In this document: piece by piece, positions 12,340-27,062 of the stretch
Position numbering within the stretch: position 1 is the first letter of the stretch
Layout: each line of letters begins with the position of its first letter
Source: Octopus vulgaris
Taxonomy: Eukaryota
Direction of reading: 5' to 3'
Length of the DNA: 64,000 bases
Assembly (NCBI GenBank): GCA_951406725.2
Contig: OX597842.1
Location: 682,001 to 746,000, forward strand
The notes under the pieces: generated by a model
The model's input: the letters and a program-made list of their open reading frames with translations, nothing else
What the model was told of the DNA's origin: nothing
Databases searched by the model: none
Position numbers and translations under genes: made by a program

Positions 12340-13420
12340 AATAATGTCCTTGCTGTTGGTGGTGGTGGTGGTCATGTTAATGATGATGGTGGTGGAATTG
12401 GTTTGTTGTTGTTGGTGGAGGTGGTGGTAGTGGTGTTGGTTGTAATACTGGTGGTGGTTGTAGTGGTGGTGTTGTTGATGGTGGTGGTGGTTGTAGTGGT
12501 TATGGCGGGGGTGGTATTGGTGTTGTTGTTGGTGGTGGTGTTGGTTGTAATACTGGTGATGGTTGTAGTGGTTATGGCGGGGGTGGTATTGGTGTTGGTT
12601 CTAATATCGGTGGTGGCTGTAGAGGTGGTGGTGGCAGATGTAGTGGTTGTGGTAGTTGTGGTGGTTGTAATGGTGGTGTTTTTTGTGGTGGTGGTGCCTG
12701 CAGTGGTAGTGGTATTGGTGGTGAACATCGTAGTTGTAGTGGTGGTCATGGCAGTGATGGTGATGGTTGCGGTGGCGGTAGTGTTGTTGTCTATTATTAG
12801 GGGTTCTTTTTATTTTTGTGTTGCTATTCTTGTTGGTGGTGGTGGTGGTGGTAGTGGTGATGGTAGCAGTAATGGTTAGTGTTGTTGATGGTGGTGGTAG
12901 TGGTATTTTTGTGTTGCTATTCTTGTTGGTGGTGGTGGTGATGATGGTGGTGGTTGGTGATGGTGGTGGTGTAGTGATGATGGTGGTGGTGGTAGGGGCG
13001 ATAGTGGTGACAGTGGTAGTGGTGGTAGTGATGATGGTGGTGGTAGTGGTAGCGGTGGTTGTGATGGTGGTAGTGGTGGTGGTGGTGGCAGTGATGACGG
13101 TGGTGGTGGTGGCAGTGATGGTGGTAGCGATGATGGTGATGGTGGTAGTGGCAGTGGTGGCCTGGTGGTAGTAATGGAGACGGTGGTAGCGATGGTGGTG
13201 ATGATGTTGTTAGTAGCAGCAGTGGTGGTACAACTACCAATGTTGTTACTAGTGTTATTGATGTTGTTGTTATTGTTGTGTCCGATGGTAGTGGTGTGGT
13301 GGTGGTGATGATGATAAATTTGTTGCTGCTATAGTTGAAGCTGACACTGTCCTTGTTTGTGTTGTTGCTGTTGTTGTTGTTGTTGTGGCTACTGTTGGTG
13401 GTGGTGGTCATGGTATAGTA
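12340..13420. repeat. Degenerate (GGT/GTT/GAT)n trinucleotide tract
   Basis: Direct reading; explains the poly-V and poly-T ORFs. Confidence 0.95.
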
Positions 13421-13853
13421 ATCGATATTGGGTTTTTTTCTGTTATTGTTTTTGTTGTAATGGTTGTTGTAAAAACTTGCTCTGGTGTTGGCAATGTTGT
13501 AGTTCCTAGTGGTTCCTTTTGGTATTGTTGTTTTGGTTGTTGTTAGTGTTTAGTGATGCAAATAAACTATACTAAAACAAAATATCAAAAACCATCGCCA
13601 TAAACATGACCACCACCAAGGACATCAAAACCAATTATGACATCCACATTTGGTTCCTTAGCTTATGCAAAAAAAAAACAGCAACCAATTGTTGCTGTTT
13701 TGTGATAAGAAGCTTGCTTCCCAACCAAATGGTTCTGGGTTCAGTCCCACTGTGTGGAACCTTGGGCAAGTCTCTTCTACTACAGCTTTGGGCCAACCAA
13801 AGCCTTGTGAGTGGATTTGGTAGAGGGAAACTGAAAGAAGCAGGTCGTATATA

Positions 13854-13894
<41 letters not shown>

Positions 13895-13966
13895 ATAAAA
13901 CGGTAAGATAACAAAAGAAAGAAAGAGACCTCAATATTATGTAAATAGAGGAAATTTATCTATACA

Positions 13967-14162
13967 ATATGTTACATTACTCGGTAGTCAAGATAAAACT
14001 CTGAGTTTCAGATGCCGAAGTGGAAATCCACAACACCATCTCTTCGGTTATCTGGCTATTTCTGCAGAAATAGCCAGATAACCGAAGAGATGGTGTTGTG
14101 GATTTCCACTTCGGCATCTGAAACTCAGAGTTTTATCTTGACTACCGAGTAATGTAACATAT
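13967..14162. repeat. Perfect 196 bp spacerless palindrome with an HHR-like motif in each arm
   Basis: Centre CTGCAG at 14062-14067; the 98 bp arms are exact reverse complements. Confidence 0.95.
14076..14138 (+). ncRNA. Hammerhead-like motif with variant core CCGAAGA (mirror copy on minus strand)
   Basis: Stem I AGATAA/TTATCT, core CCGAAGA, stem II GATG..CATC, then GAAA-CTCAGAG-TT. Confidence 0.55.
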
Positions 14163-14171
14163 ATCGTATAG

Positions 14172-14232
<61 letters not shown>

Positions 14233-14869
14233 GGTGCAGGAGGGGCTAAGTGGTAAGTAGCTTGTTTACCAACCACATGGTTCCGGGTTCAGTCTCGCTG
14301 CGTGATATTTTGGGCAAGTGTCTTCTACTATAGCTTTGGGCCAACCAAACCCTTGTGAGTGGATTTGGTAGATGGAAAGTGAAAGAAGCCCATCGTATAT
14401 ATGAGAAAGCTGTGGTGAAAGAGTACAACAGGGGTCACCACCACCCCCTGCAGGAGCCTCGTGGAGCTTTTAGGTGTTTTCACTCAATAAACACACACAA
14501 TACCCGGTCTGGGAATTAAAACCGTGATCCTCCTACCGTGAGTCCGCTGCCCTAACCACTGGGCCATTGCGCCTCCACTGTTACAATAATACATTTCTAA
14601 TTTTTACCACAAGGACTGCTTAGGGAAGGTAGGGATGAGTCGATTACATTGACCCCTAGAGCATCCCCTCTACAGTAAAACAACTATCTCTGTCCTTATA
14701 TTACAATCTAACCTCTCACCTGGCTCACAGCCCCTTCCCTGAGTTCCACTCCACTCACCTGAGAGGTCTTTGTCCTGCAACCTACTTGGCAACCCCACAA
14801 GTGCCATGTGAAAAGGACCTGGGCTAGTAGTGTCACATAACAAGCACTGGTGATGTGGCTGTGTAAAAA

Positions 14870-15580
14870 GCATGTCCTGGTCCCACGCGAAAAGCACCCA
14901 GTCCACTCTGTAAAGTGGTTGGCAGTAGGAAGGGCACCCAGCTGTAGAAACCATGCCAAAGCAGAATGTGAAAGCTTGGTGCAGCTCCCTGGCTTTCCAG
15001 ATCCTGTCAAACCATCCAAACCATGCCAGCATGGAAAGCAGACATTAATAGATGAGAATCATGTCATGTCATCATCGTTTAATGTCTGCTTTCCATGCTA
15101 GCATGGGTTAGATGAATGACTGAGTGCTGGCAAACCAGATGGCTGCACCAGGCTCCAATCTTGATCTGGCAGAGTTTCTACAGCTGGATGCCCTTCCTAA
15201 CACCAATCACTCCGAGAGTGTGGTGAGTGCTTTTATGTGTCACCAGCACGGGGGCCAGTCAGGCAGTACTGGCAACGACATCGCTTGAATCTTTTACACA
15301 TGCCACAAGCATGGGTGCCAGTAAGGCGATACTGGTAAAGATCACTTTTGAATGATGCCTTTTACATGCCACCAGCACGGAGGCCAGTTAGCTGCTCTGG
15401 CAATGATCACGCTCGGATGGTGTTCTTGGCACGGTACTAGCACGGGGCTCAAGTGCCAGTAAGGCAATGCTGGTAACGATCACACTCGAATGGTGCACGG
15501 AAGCCGTTTAGCCGCTCTGTCAATGATCACACTTGTATGGTGCCCTTTGCACCCCACTAGCATGGACGCCAGTCATCGAA
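14870..15580. mobile_element. Two tail-to-tail copies of a (GAT)n-tailed SINE-like repeat
   Basis: Tail CCATGCYAGCATGGAAAGCAGACATTAA on + at ~15020-15050 and on - at ~15078-15110. The family recurs at 19190-19643, 23510-23652, 27062-27300 and 39352-39538. Confidence 0.7.
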
Positions 15581-15604
15581 GATGATATATATATATATAT
15601 TCTT

Positions 15605-15800
15605 TAAGGCAGCAAGTTGGCAGAATCATTAGCACGCTGGGTAAAATGCTTAGTGGTATTTTGTCAGTCTTTGCGTTCTGAGTTCAAATTCTGCTTGGGT
15701 TGACTTTGCCTTTCATCCTTTCAGGGTTGATAAATTAAGTACCAGTGAAACACTGGGGGTTAATGTAATTCAAATGGTCCCCTCTCCCAAAATTTCAGGT
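15605..15800 (+). mobile_element. MetaSINE-like tRNA SINE
   Basis: Head with GAGTTCAAATTC B box, then the GCCTTTCATCCTTTCAGGGTTGATAAATTAAGTACC core. Other copies at ~7837-8000, 24430-24637 and 54845-55125 (-). Confidence 0.7.
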
Positions 15801-15992
15801 CAAGCGATGGTGGAAGGACACACACACATATATACAACAAGCTTCTTTCAGTTACTGTCTACCAAATCCACTCGGAAGGCTTTGGTCAGCTAGTAGAAGG
15901 CAATTGTCGAAGGTGCTATGCAGTGGGATTGAACCCGGAACCATGTGGTTGGAAAGCAAACTTCTTACTATACACCCATTCCTGCACCTATC

Positions 15993-16373
15993 TCTTTTAT
16001 TTGTTTCAGTCATTTGACTGCGGCCATGCTGGAGCACCACCTTTAGTCGAGCAAATCGACCCCGGCACTTATTCTTTGTAAGCCCAGTACTTATTCTATC
16101 GGTCTCTTTTGCCGAACTGCTATGTGACGGCGACGTAAACACACCAGCATCGGTTGTCAAGCGATGTTGGGGGGACAAACATGCACACACACACATATAT
16201 ATATATATATATACATATATACGACAGACTTCTTTCAGTTTCCATCTCACAAGGCTTTGGTCGGCCCGAGACTATAATAGAAGACACTTGCCCAAGGTGC
16301 CACGCAGTGGAACTGAACCTGGAACCATGTGGTTGGGAAGCAAGCTACTTACCACACAGCCAGTCCTGCGCCT
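15993..16373 (-). mobile_element. SINE-A full copy
   Basis: Reverse complement of 11353-11760. Confidence 0.9.
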
Positions 16374-16506
16374 ATGTATATATATTTAAATAACGAGGGA
16401 GATAAATTGAATATTAATTTAATTAATATCAATTTAAAACCAGTAGCCTAGCGTATAAAAAAATCTGAAAACTCAGAAAAAATTTCAATACATGTGTATA
16501 TTTTGG

Positions 16507-16671
16507 GATAAACCACTAGGTGGATAACGAATATGCTAGAAAAAGATCACATACAATCTAACTACAAAGAAAAGGGTTTTGCTGAATTTCTCTGGAGAAC
16601 ATTGTTTTCTTTGTAGTTAGATCATATGTGATCTTCTTCAAGCATATTGGTTATCCACCTAGTGGTTTATC
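16507..16671. repeat. Inverted repeat, 67 bp arms, 31 bp spacer
   Basis: GATAAACCACTAGGTGGATAAC.. / ..GTTATCCACCTAGTGGTTTATC. Confidence 0.9.
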
Positions 16672-16782
16672 TCTATACAGACAAACACACACACATATAT
16701 ATATATTCAAAATGTGACCTCGTGTGTACCGTTGGCGATTTTTTTTCCTGTCTTCCCTTCTTTGGATCTTTCCTTCTTCTAT

Positions 16783-16817
16783 GTTTCTGACGAAGAGCTC
16801 CGCTCGAAACGTTAAAC
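16783..16817 (+). ncRNA. Minimal type-I hammerhead ribozyme in a ~210 bp Penelope pLTR-like element (16707-16918)
   Basis: GTTT-CTGACGA-A-GAGC tcc GCTC-GAAA-CGT-T-AAAC. A decayed copy of the element lies at 56932-57146 (-). Confidence 0.75.
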
Positions 16818-17036
16818 CCTCCTTCTTCCCTTCCTTCCTGAGCGTCCAATAATATTATATTTGTTCCACGTCCTCGCGTTGTGTTTTCTCTTTGTGTTTC
16901 CATGTTTGGATTAACTTTATATATATATATATATATATATTTATTTAAGTGGAAAAATTTACGGATTTTTTCTCTAACGAGGTTTTTCACGCTGACTACT
17001 GATAATTTCTTTTAAAGATTTTATCCTCAATTGTTA

Positions 17037-17092
<56 letters not shown>

Positions 17093-17382
17093 ATCAAGTA
17101 GTGTACATTTAAACACAAACGAAAACTACCTTTAATAGGTAATTTTTGCACGCTAGAAGAAGCAGCCAAACGACCGAAACCACTTTTTAAGAGCAATTTT
17201 TAAGAGCAATATAATATGTGTGTGTGTGTATGTGTCTGTATATTTGGTTGTCATATAAATTTGTTCCTTTCCAATATTTTTATTGTCGTGTTTTATGGGT
17301 TTTCTTTGCAACTTCATTCTTCCGCTACAGTTTTTGTTTACCGCTTTGGAAATCTGAATAAATTTTACTTCTTTTCAGACAT

Positions 17383-17960
17383 ATGACGTACGAGTGCCAA
17401 GTACCAAGAAAAAAAAAGGAAAACCAAACCATTCTTGACACCTGCTTCTCTTTGCTTTCAATCAAGATTGCCAAAAGCGCCAAAGTCACCGAAGACATTT
17501 CTCTTTTGCATGGTGAAGATGCTGTTACGGAAAGAACTGTGCAGAAATGGTTTTTCACACCTGAAGGAAAGGAAATTTGACCTCACAATCTCTCCACATT
17601 CCAACTGACCTGTTCACTTTAAAAAGGATTGATTAAACAAAAATAAGGGTCATGCCAATTCTCTAGGGAATTTTCCCAGCAGATGAGACACTCTCGTGAT
17701 GCCATCACTCAACACCTTTATTCAATTGATGAACTTCAAGCAACCACACCTGTATCACACCAGAATTCTTCAACATGATAATGCTTGCCCCATGTGGCTA
17801 ATTTGACCAAAAATACTATTCAAGATATCAGTGGTCAAGTTCTGCAGCACTCAATATATTCCCTTGATGTAACATCTCAGGATTATCGCGTTTGTTTGGT
17901 CATTCTCCAAAAGTCTGTAAGGAATTTCCTTCGATAATTATAAAGAGTTCCAAGTTCAAG
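17383..17960 (+). pseudogene. Heavily decayed mariner transposase
   Basis: HGEDAVTERTVQKWF, HDNAC, and YSLDVTSQDY (a YSPDLAPSDY-like motif). Confidence 0.7.
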
Positions 17961-17984
17961 TCAGGGTTCTTTCCTTTCATTATA

Positions 17985-18430
17985 CTCTCTTTTAACTCTT
18001 TTACTTGTTTCAGTCATTTGACTGCAGCCATGCTGGAGCACCGCCTTTAGTCAAGCAACTCAACTCATTCTTTGTAAGCCTAGTACTTATTCTATTGGTC
18101 TATTTTGCCGAACCACTAGGTGATGGGGACATAAACACACCAGCATTTGACTGCGACCATGCTGGAGCACCGCCTTTAGTTGAGCAAATTGACCCTGGGA
18201 CTTATTCTTTGTAAGCCCAGTACTTATTCTATCGGTCTCTTGTTGCCGAACCGCTAAGTTACGGGGATGTAAACACACCAGCATCAGTTGTCAAGCAATG
18301 TTGCGGGGACAAACACATATACATACATATATACGATGGGCTTCTTTCCGTTTCCGTTTACCAAATCCACTCACAAGGCTTTGGTTGGCCCGAGGCTATA
18401 GTAGAAGGCACTTGCCCAAGGTGCCACACA
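17985..18430 (-). mobile_element. 5'-truncated SINE-A with a duplicated tail segment
   Basis: CATTTGACTGC..GCTGGAGCACCGCCTTTAGT occurs twice. Confidence 0.85.
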
Positions 18431-19770
18431 GCAGGTCACTCTATGACCCAGGTTAGCACAGCAGGCCATGAACTTACTTCATTTGTTGGGTCTTCACAGT
18501 CACAGCATGTCTCAGAGGTCTTGGTCTTCATCATTTCCTCTGTGGGGCCCTACGTGCCACAGGCACAATGGGCTGCTTTCAGTTTCCATCAAGTATTTGT
18601 GTGTTTCTGTTTGTTTCCCCATCATTGCTTGACAACTGATGTTGGTGTGTTTACATCTCTGTAACTTAGTGGTTCATCAAAAGACACAAATAAAATAAGT
18701 ATTACAAAGAATAAGTCCTGGGGGTCGATTTGTTCAACTAAAGGTGGTGCTCCAGCAAGGCCACAATCAAATTACTGAAACAAGTAAAAGAATAAAAGAA
18801 TATATATTTGTATATCTTTTATCTTTTACTTGTTTCAGTAATTTGACTGTGGCCATGTTGGAGCACCGCCTTGAAGTTTTTGCCAAATTTATCAACCCCA
18901 TTACTTATTCTTTTAAAAACTTATTCTATCAGTTTCTTTTGCTGAACTGCTAGGTTATGGGGACAAAACATACCAACACTGGTTGTCATGCGGTGATGGG
19001 AGGACAAGCACAGACACAGCATATCTCAGAGATCTCAGTCTTCGTCATTTCCTCTGTGAGGCCCTATGTGCCACTGGCACAATGGGCTGCTTTCAGTTTC
19101 TGTTAAGTGTGACCATCCCAAATTATGTGGCTTGGAAACATTATTCTTACCACACAACCATGATTGTGCCTATCGCAGTCATGGATGATTTCAGCGTCAC
19201 ATAAGTGGCACATAAAAAGAACCCTCGAAAATTAGGTGATATGCCATGCTTGAGATGACCCGTCAGGCCAAGGGAAATCGTAGTAGAGGCTGATGCCAGT
19301 GTTGTGTAACTGGGATCAGTGCAGGTGGCACGTAAAAAGCACTATTTGAACGTTAAGCCCCATGGAGGCAGTGGCAAGTGACCAAGACTTTCGGTGATAT
19401 GCCATGCTTGAGAAGACCCAGCAAGCCAAGTGAGATCATAGTTGTGGCTGGTGCTGTGTAAGTGGGATGTAAAAAACATTCACTGCACTCTTGGAGTGGT
19501 TGGCGTTAGGAAAGGCATCCAGTTGTAGAAACCATGCCAAAGCAGAATGGAAACTGGTGCAGCTCTCCAGCTTACCAGTTTTAAGTCAAACCATCCAACC
19601 CATGCCAGCATGAAAAAACGGATGTTAAATGATGATGATGATGATTATTATTATATATATATATATAAATGTATCAGAAAATGAGATGGCAAAGGAATAA
19701 GCAATCATCTTATGAACTTCATTAGCTTACAGGTGTTTCTGCTGTAAAATAAACTGCACTTTATATTCAA

Positions 19771-19851
19771 GGCTCTGATGAAGCCATGAAGTGTTATTCA
19801 GGTACTCTACTATGAGTCCACTGCATCTCATAGCCGAAACAGCTGTAAGCT
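19771..19851 (+). ncRNA. Hammerhead ribozyme motif with a long stem II, inside an inverted repeat (19676-19899)
   Basis: GGCT-CTGATGA-agccatga..tcatagcc-GAAA-CAGCTG-TA-AGCT; palindromic ACAGCTGT helix III. Confidence 0.65.
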
Positions 19852-20604
19852 AATGAAGTTCATAAGATAACCATTTATTCTTTCATCATCTCTTTTTCTT
19901 ATTATGGATGGAAGCACTCCGTCGGTTACAACGACGAGGGTTCTGGTTGATCCGATCAACGGGACAGCCTGCTCGTAAAATTAACGTATACGTAGCTCAG
20001 CACTCCACAGACACATGTACCCTTAACGTAGTTCTCGGGCAGATTCAGCATGACACAGAGTGACAAGGCCGGCCCTTTGAAATACAGGTACAACAGAAAC
20101 AGGAAGTAAGAGAGAGAAAGTTGTGGTGAAAGAGTACAGCAGGGATCACCACCATCCCTGCCGGAGCCTCGTCGAGCTTTTTAGGTGTTTTCGCTCAATA
20201 AACACTCATAACCACTGGGCAATTGCGCCTCCTTTCTTATTATAGCTCTATACTCAGCTAACACTTCATTTGAAATACACATATATTGAGTTCTACAAAA
20301 GGTTATTCCTAATGACCTGTAGGTACACAGAATTTCGTTATACAACCACAACATATTATAAATTATATCAAACATATTTTTTTATATATAAGACGATACC
20401 ATGTTCTACTGTGTTAGCAGTGCATTTTTACATCACTCATTGAGGTTATTGGATGTAGTGCGTTTGTTGTGAGATGACTGTTGTTATTGTTAGGCCTAAC
20501 TCATCGTAAACTAAATACCACCATGACCGATATCCAAAGAGTGGAAAAGGCTAGTGACTGGATTTGGTTGAAAAGAGATGATGACCGATGGCTAGGAGAA
20601 TTCT

Positions 20605-20824
20605 TTTATTCTTTTACTTGTTTCAGTCATTTGACTGTGGCCATGCTGGAGCACCGTCTTTAGTCGAGCAAATCGACCCCAGGACTTATTCTTTGTAAGC
20701 CTAGTACTTATTCTATTGGTCTCTTTTGCCGAACTGCTAATTTATGGGAACGTAAACACACTAGCATTGGTTGTCAGGCGATGTTGGGGGGACAAACACA
20801 GATACAAAAACATATACACACACT

Positions 20825-20864
<40 letters not shown>

Positions 20865-21030
20865 TACGACGGGCTTCTTTAAGTTTCCGTCTACCAAATC
20901 CACTCACAAGGCTTTGGTCAGCCCAAGGCTATAGTAGAAGATACTTACCCAAGATGCCACGCAGTGGGATTAAACCCGGAACCATGTGGTTGGTAAACAA
21001 GCTACTTACCACACAGCCACTCCTGCACCT
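20605..21030 (-). mobile_element. SINE-A full copy
   Basis: Head, internal microsatellite and tail. Confidence 0.9.
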
Positions 21031-21314
21031 ACATATATATATATATATATATATGTAGTGATAAAGAATGAGAGAGAGGGAGGGATTGCTGGGTATGAAC
21101 TCAGATATGCTACAAAGAACACGTGCCAACTCATGCAAACCTGATGGAAATCTCGCGTAACGTGCTTAATGAAATATAAAAGGGGTATTTTGAAATGTCA
21201 GAATTATAAGTATTGTTTATGAAAGATGGAAATGAAACGGATTCGACAAAGCCAAGACATCTGCCATACTTCCAGAAAGAAATATGCTGCAAATACCATT
21301 CTAAAACTCACACA

Positions 21315-22083
<769 letters not shown>

Positions 22084-22359
22084 TTTGAAAAGCAGACACC
22101 AATATGGAACTAATGAAGCGACAATGTTGATAAAACGTGATAAAGTCTTGTATTTTTGTCGCTCATATTCCAATCTTGCTTTCTTTTGTTTTCCGAACTT
22201 CTTCCCTCCTTCCTTCTCTCCTTCCTCCTTTCCTTCCGCTCTTTCATCTCTCTCTTCCTTCCCTCCTTCCTCCGTTTCTTTCCGTCAACATGCCCAACAC
22301 AAAAACACGACATTTGGTTGAAGTAGCATTGCAAATGTCTACAAATGCTCTGAAGATTT

Positions 22360-23857
22360 GCTGTTGTTGTTATTGTTGCTGTTGCTGTTGTTGTTGATGT
22401 TGGTCGTTCTACATTTCCTTTCTGTCACAGTTCCGTTGTTCTTGTTGTAACCGTTTTCAGAAAGTATGGCTGCTGTTATTGTTGTCGTTGTTGTTATTGT
22501 TGTTGTGGCTCCTTCAGCTGTTGTTAGTTGTTAGTTTTAAATTCATAATTTCTTGCTGTTGATGTTGTAGTTGTTGTTCTTGTTGTTGTGGTGGTGGTGG
22601 TGGTTGTTATGGTTGCTGCTGCAGTGGCAATTGTTGTTTCTATCTTTGTTGCAGTGGTGGTGCTAGTTGTTGTTGTTGTTGCAGTGCTGGTTTTGATCAT
22701 TGCTGTTTCTGATGTTGTTGTGGTGGTAGTGATGGTGGTTGTAGTGGTAGTGGTGGTGGTTGTGATCATTGCTGAAGTGGTAGTTGCTGTTTCTGATGTT
22801 GTTGTGGTGGTGGTAGTTGTTGCGGTTACTGTTGTTGTAGTGTTGGTAGTGGGGGTTGTCATCGTTGCTGCAGTGGTTGTTGCTGTTTTTGGTGTTGTTG
22901 TGGTGGTAGTTGTTGCAGTGGTGGTAGTTGATGTTGTTGTTGTTGTTGGTGTGGTGGTGGTGGTTGTTGCAGTTGTTTACAAACCTTTTCTTTGGCAATT
23001 ACATTTGTCATGTCATCATTCTTCTCAAGGACGCACAGACAGCAGAAAAACAACGCCAACATAGCAACCACCACCACCACCACCACCACCACCACCACCA
23101 CCACCACCACCACCACATCCAACCTCACCATTGCTGTCGACTCCATCACCACCTCCTCCTGCTTTCCCATTGCCATCAAAGACAATATATATGTGACCAC
23201 CACCAACTACAATGATATCCCTAATGCCACCATCCTCACCACCACCATCAACATCATTCATGCCACCAGCAGCATCAAAGTAATTACATTAATTAGATCG
23301 TCACTACCAACGTCATCATCACCACTGCCAACAACATCAATGACGCTGACACCATCACCATCACCATCATAAGCACCATCACCACAAGCAACAATAACGT
23401 AGCCATCACCAGCATCATCACCATCATCATCATCATCATCATCATCACCACAATCAACATCATCACCACTATCATCCCTATCATCATCATCGTCATCATC
23501 ATCATCATCATCATCGTTCAATGTCCGCTTTCCATGCTAGCAGGGGTTGGACGATTTGACTGAGGTCTGGCGAACCAGATGGCTGCACCAGGTTCCAATC
23601 TAATCTGGCAAAGGTTCCGACTGCTGGATGCCCTTCCTAACACCAACCACTCCATGGAAAGCGAACATTAAACGATGATGATGATGATGATGATGACGGA
23701 AGACTTGGTGGATGTGATTGTGTTGCTGTTGATAGCTGTAGTGGTGTTAGTGGCGGTGGCAGCCTTACATTTGGGAGTGATTATACTATTTGTGATGTTT
23801 GCAATGATGATGATGATCATGATGATGATAGTGATGCTGCTGCTGATGATGTTGTTT

Positions 23858-23898
<41 letters not shown>

Positions 23899-23900
23899 AG
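22360..23900. repeat. Trinucleotide tracts with two strand switches: (GTT/GGT)n, (CAC/CAT)n, (GAT)n
   Basis: Direct reading. Confidence 0.9.
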
Positions 23901-23935
23901 GGATGTTTATGATACATTCATACATAATACATTCA

Positions 23936-24373
23936 TGCAGGTGGGGCCCAGTTAGAATTTTCTTCTGGTCGAGTAACCGATCCCCCTGAAAAGGTCCCTG
24001 AATGAGGATTGTTTAAGGATGTTGAACGAACCACCCATGTTTCCAGAGGTGAATTATTCAAACCCCAAAGAATCCCTCTCAACACATAGCTATGATGCTC
24101 CCCCACTACTTCTGCTCGTGATCAGAGATGCACATATCGTCAGCCACCAAGGGACATGCTCAACTGTTTAAGGTCAAACAACTGACAAGCAAATCTGTGG
24201 TATTGAGAGGTCATGCGCTGTCTATCTTGATATAAGATCACCATGTTGCGCACATATGGTTGTGATGCATGTGCCTAGTGTACCCCTATCAGACAGGTAG
24301 TCATGATGGGTATACAGGGCTTCGTATATTTTACCCCAGTGTCACTTTGATGGCATGAACTGCTCTCTCACTC
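23936..24373 (+). mobile_element. 555 bp retroposon copy 2, 5'-truncated with a 5' inversion
   Basis: 23936-24207 is the reverse complement of 5529-5801; 24208-24373 matches 5802-5964 forward; (AAT)n tail. Confidence 0.92.
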
Positions 24374-24421
<48 letters not shown>

Positions 24422-24664
24422 TATCGCCTCTACTGTAGGCACAAGGCCTGAGATTTTGAGGGAGGAGACTAGCCAATCACATTAACCCCAACACATAACT
24501 GGTACTTAATTTATTAACCCTGAAAAGATGAAAGGCAAAGTGGACCTTGGGGGAATTTGAACTCAGAACATATCAGCAGATGAAATAGTGCTAAGCGTTT
24601 TGCCTGGCCTGCTAACGATTCTACCAGCTCACTGCTCTAATAAAAATAGTAACTCTTTCTCTCT

Positions 24665-25063
24665 CTCTTTTTACTTGTTTCAGTCATTTTGACTGCGGCC
24701 ATGCTGGAGCACCGCCTTTAATCAAGCAACTTGACCCTGAGACTTATTCTTTGTAAGCCCAGTACTTATTCTATCAGTCTCTTTTGCCGAACCGCTAAGT
24801 AACGGGTACATAAACACACCAGCATCGGTTGTCAAGCAATGCTAGGGGGACAAACACAGACACACAAACATACATGCACATACATATATACACATATATA
24901 CGACGGGCTTCTTTCAGTTTCCGTCTACCAAATCCACTCACAAGGCTTTGGTCAGCCCGAGGCTATAGCAGAAGACACTTGCCCAAGGTGTCACGCAGTG
25001 GGAAAGAACCCGGAACCATGTGGTTGGTTAGCAAGCTACTTACCACACAGCCACTCCTGCGCC
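24665..25063 (-). mobile_element. SINE-A full copy
   Basis: Head, internal microsatellite and tail. Confidence 0.9.
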
Positions 25064-25070
25064 TAACGAC

Positions 25071-25103
<33 letters not shown>

Positions 25104-25722
25104 AATAATAATAATAACAATAAGCAGAAGAAGATGACAAAGAAGCGGAAGAAGGAAAGAAAGACGAATTTTACCAACAATAGCAACAACAACAACAACA
25201 ACAACAACAGCTAAACAAATGACCAAAGATGAAAGACGAACAGACAGCAAACAACGTCTGAGCAAATAAAAAAAAATTTTACAAAAGAAATAAAACCAAC
25301 GGAATTACCGACTTTTAATGATGTTTGAGTGATTAACTAACTAATCTGGTAACTGACATCGGCAAAGGTGGTGGTGGTCGGTGGTGGGGCAGGGGAAAGA
25401 GAGGACAAACCAATCACTTTGGAATCATCAAAGAGAGAGAGGAGATCCCTTGAGAAGATTGTTAATTTACGGTTTAGCCAAAAATATTTCTAGTTCAACG
25501 GCACCGAGGCGCCGTTTCTGTTATTTGTATTGATTAACCCCCCCCCCCCCCACTTCGCCAATGCACGGATATTGATCGGCAATTGGCTCCTCGGAACGGT
25601 TTTAGCTGGATCAGTGGAAAAAGAACAAAAAAAAAAAAAAGCTGTGCGATATATCAAAAGGGAGATTTAACACAAATACAAATACAAATGCTGTTTGCGT
25701 TTTGTTTGTTTGAAACAAAGAG

Positions 25723-27062
<1,340 letters not shown>

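Noticed and set aside
20412-20470. miRNA-like hairpin
   Set aside because: Pairing is short and bulged, and I recognise no mature miRNA sequence.
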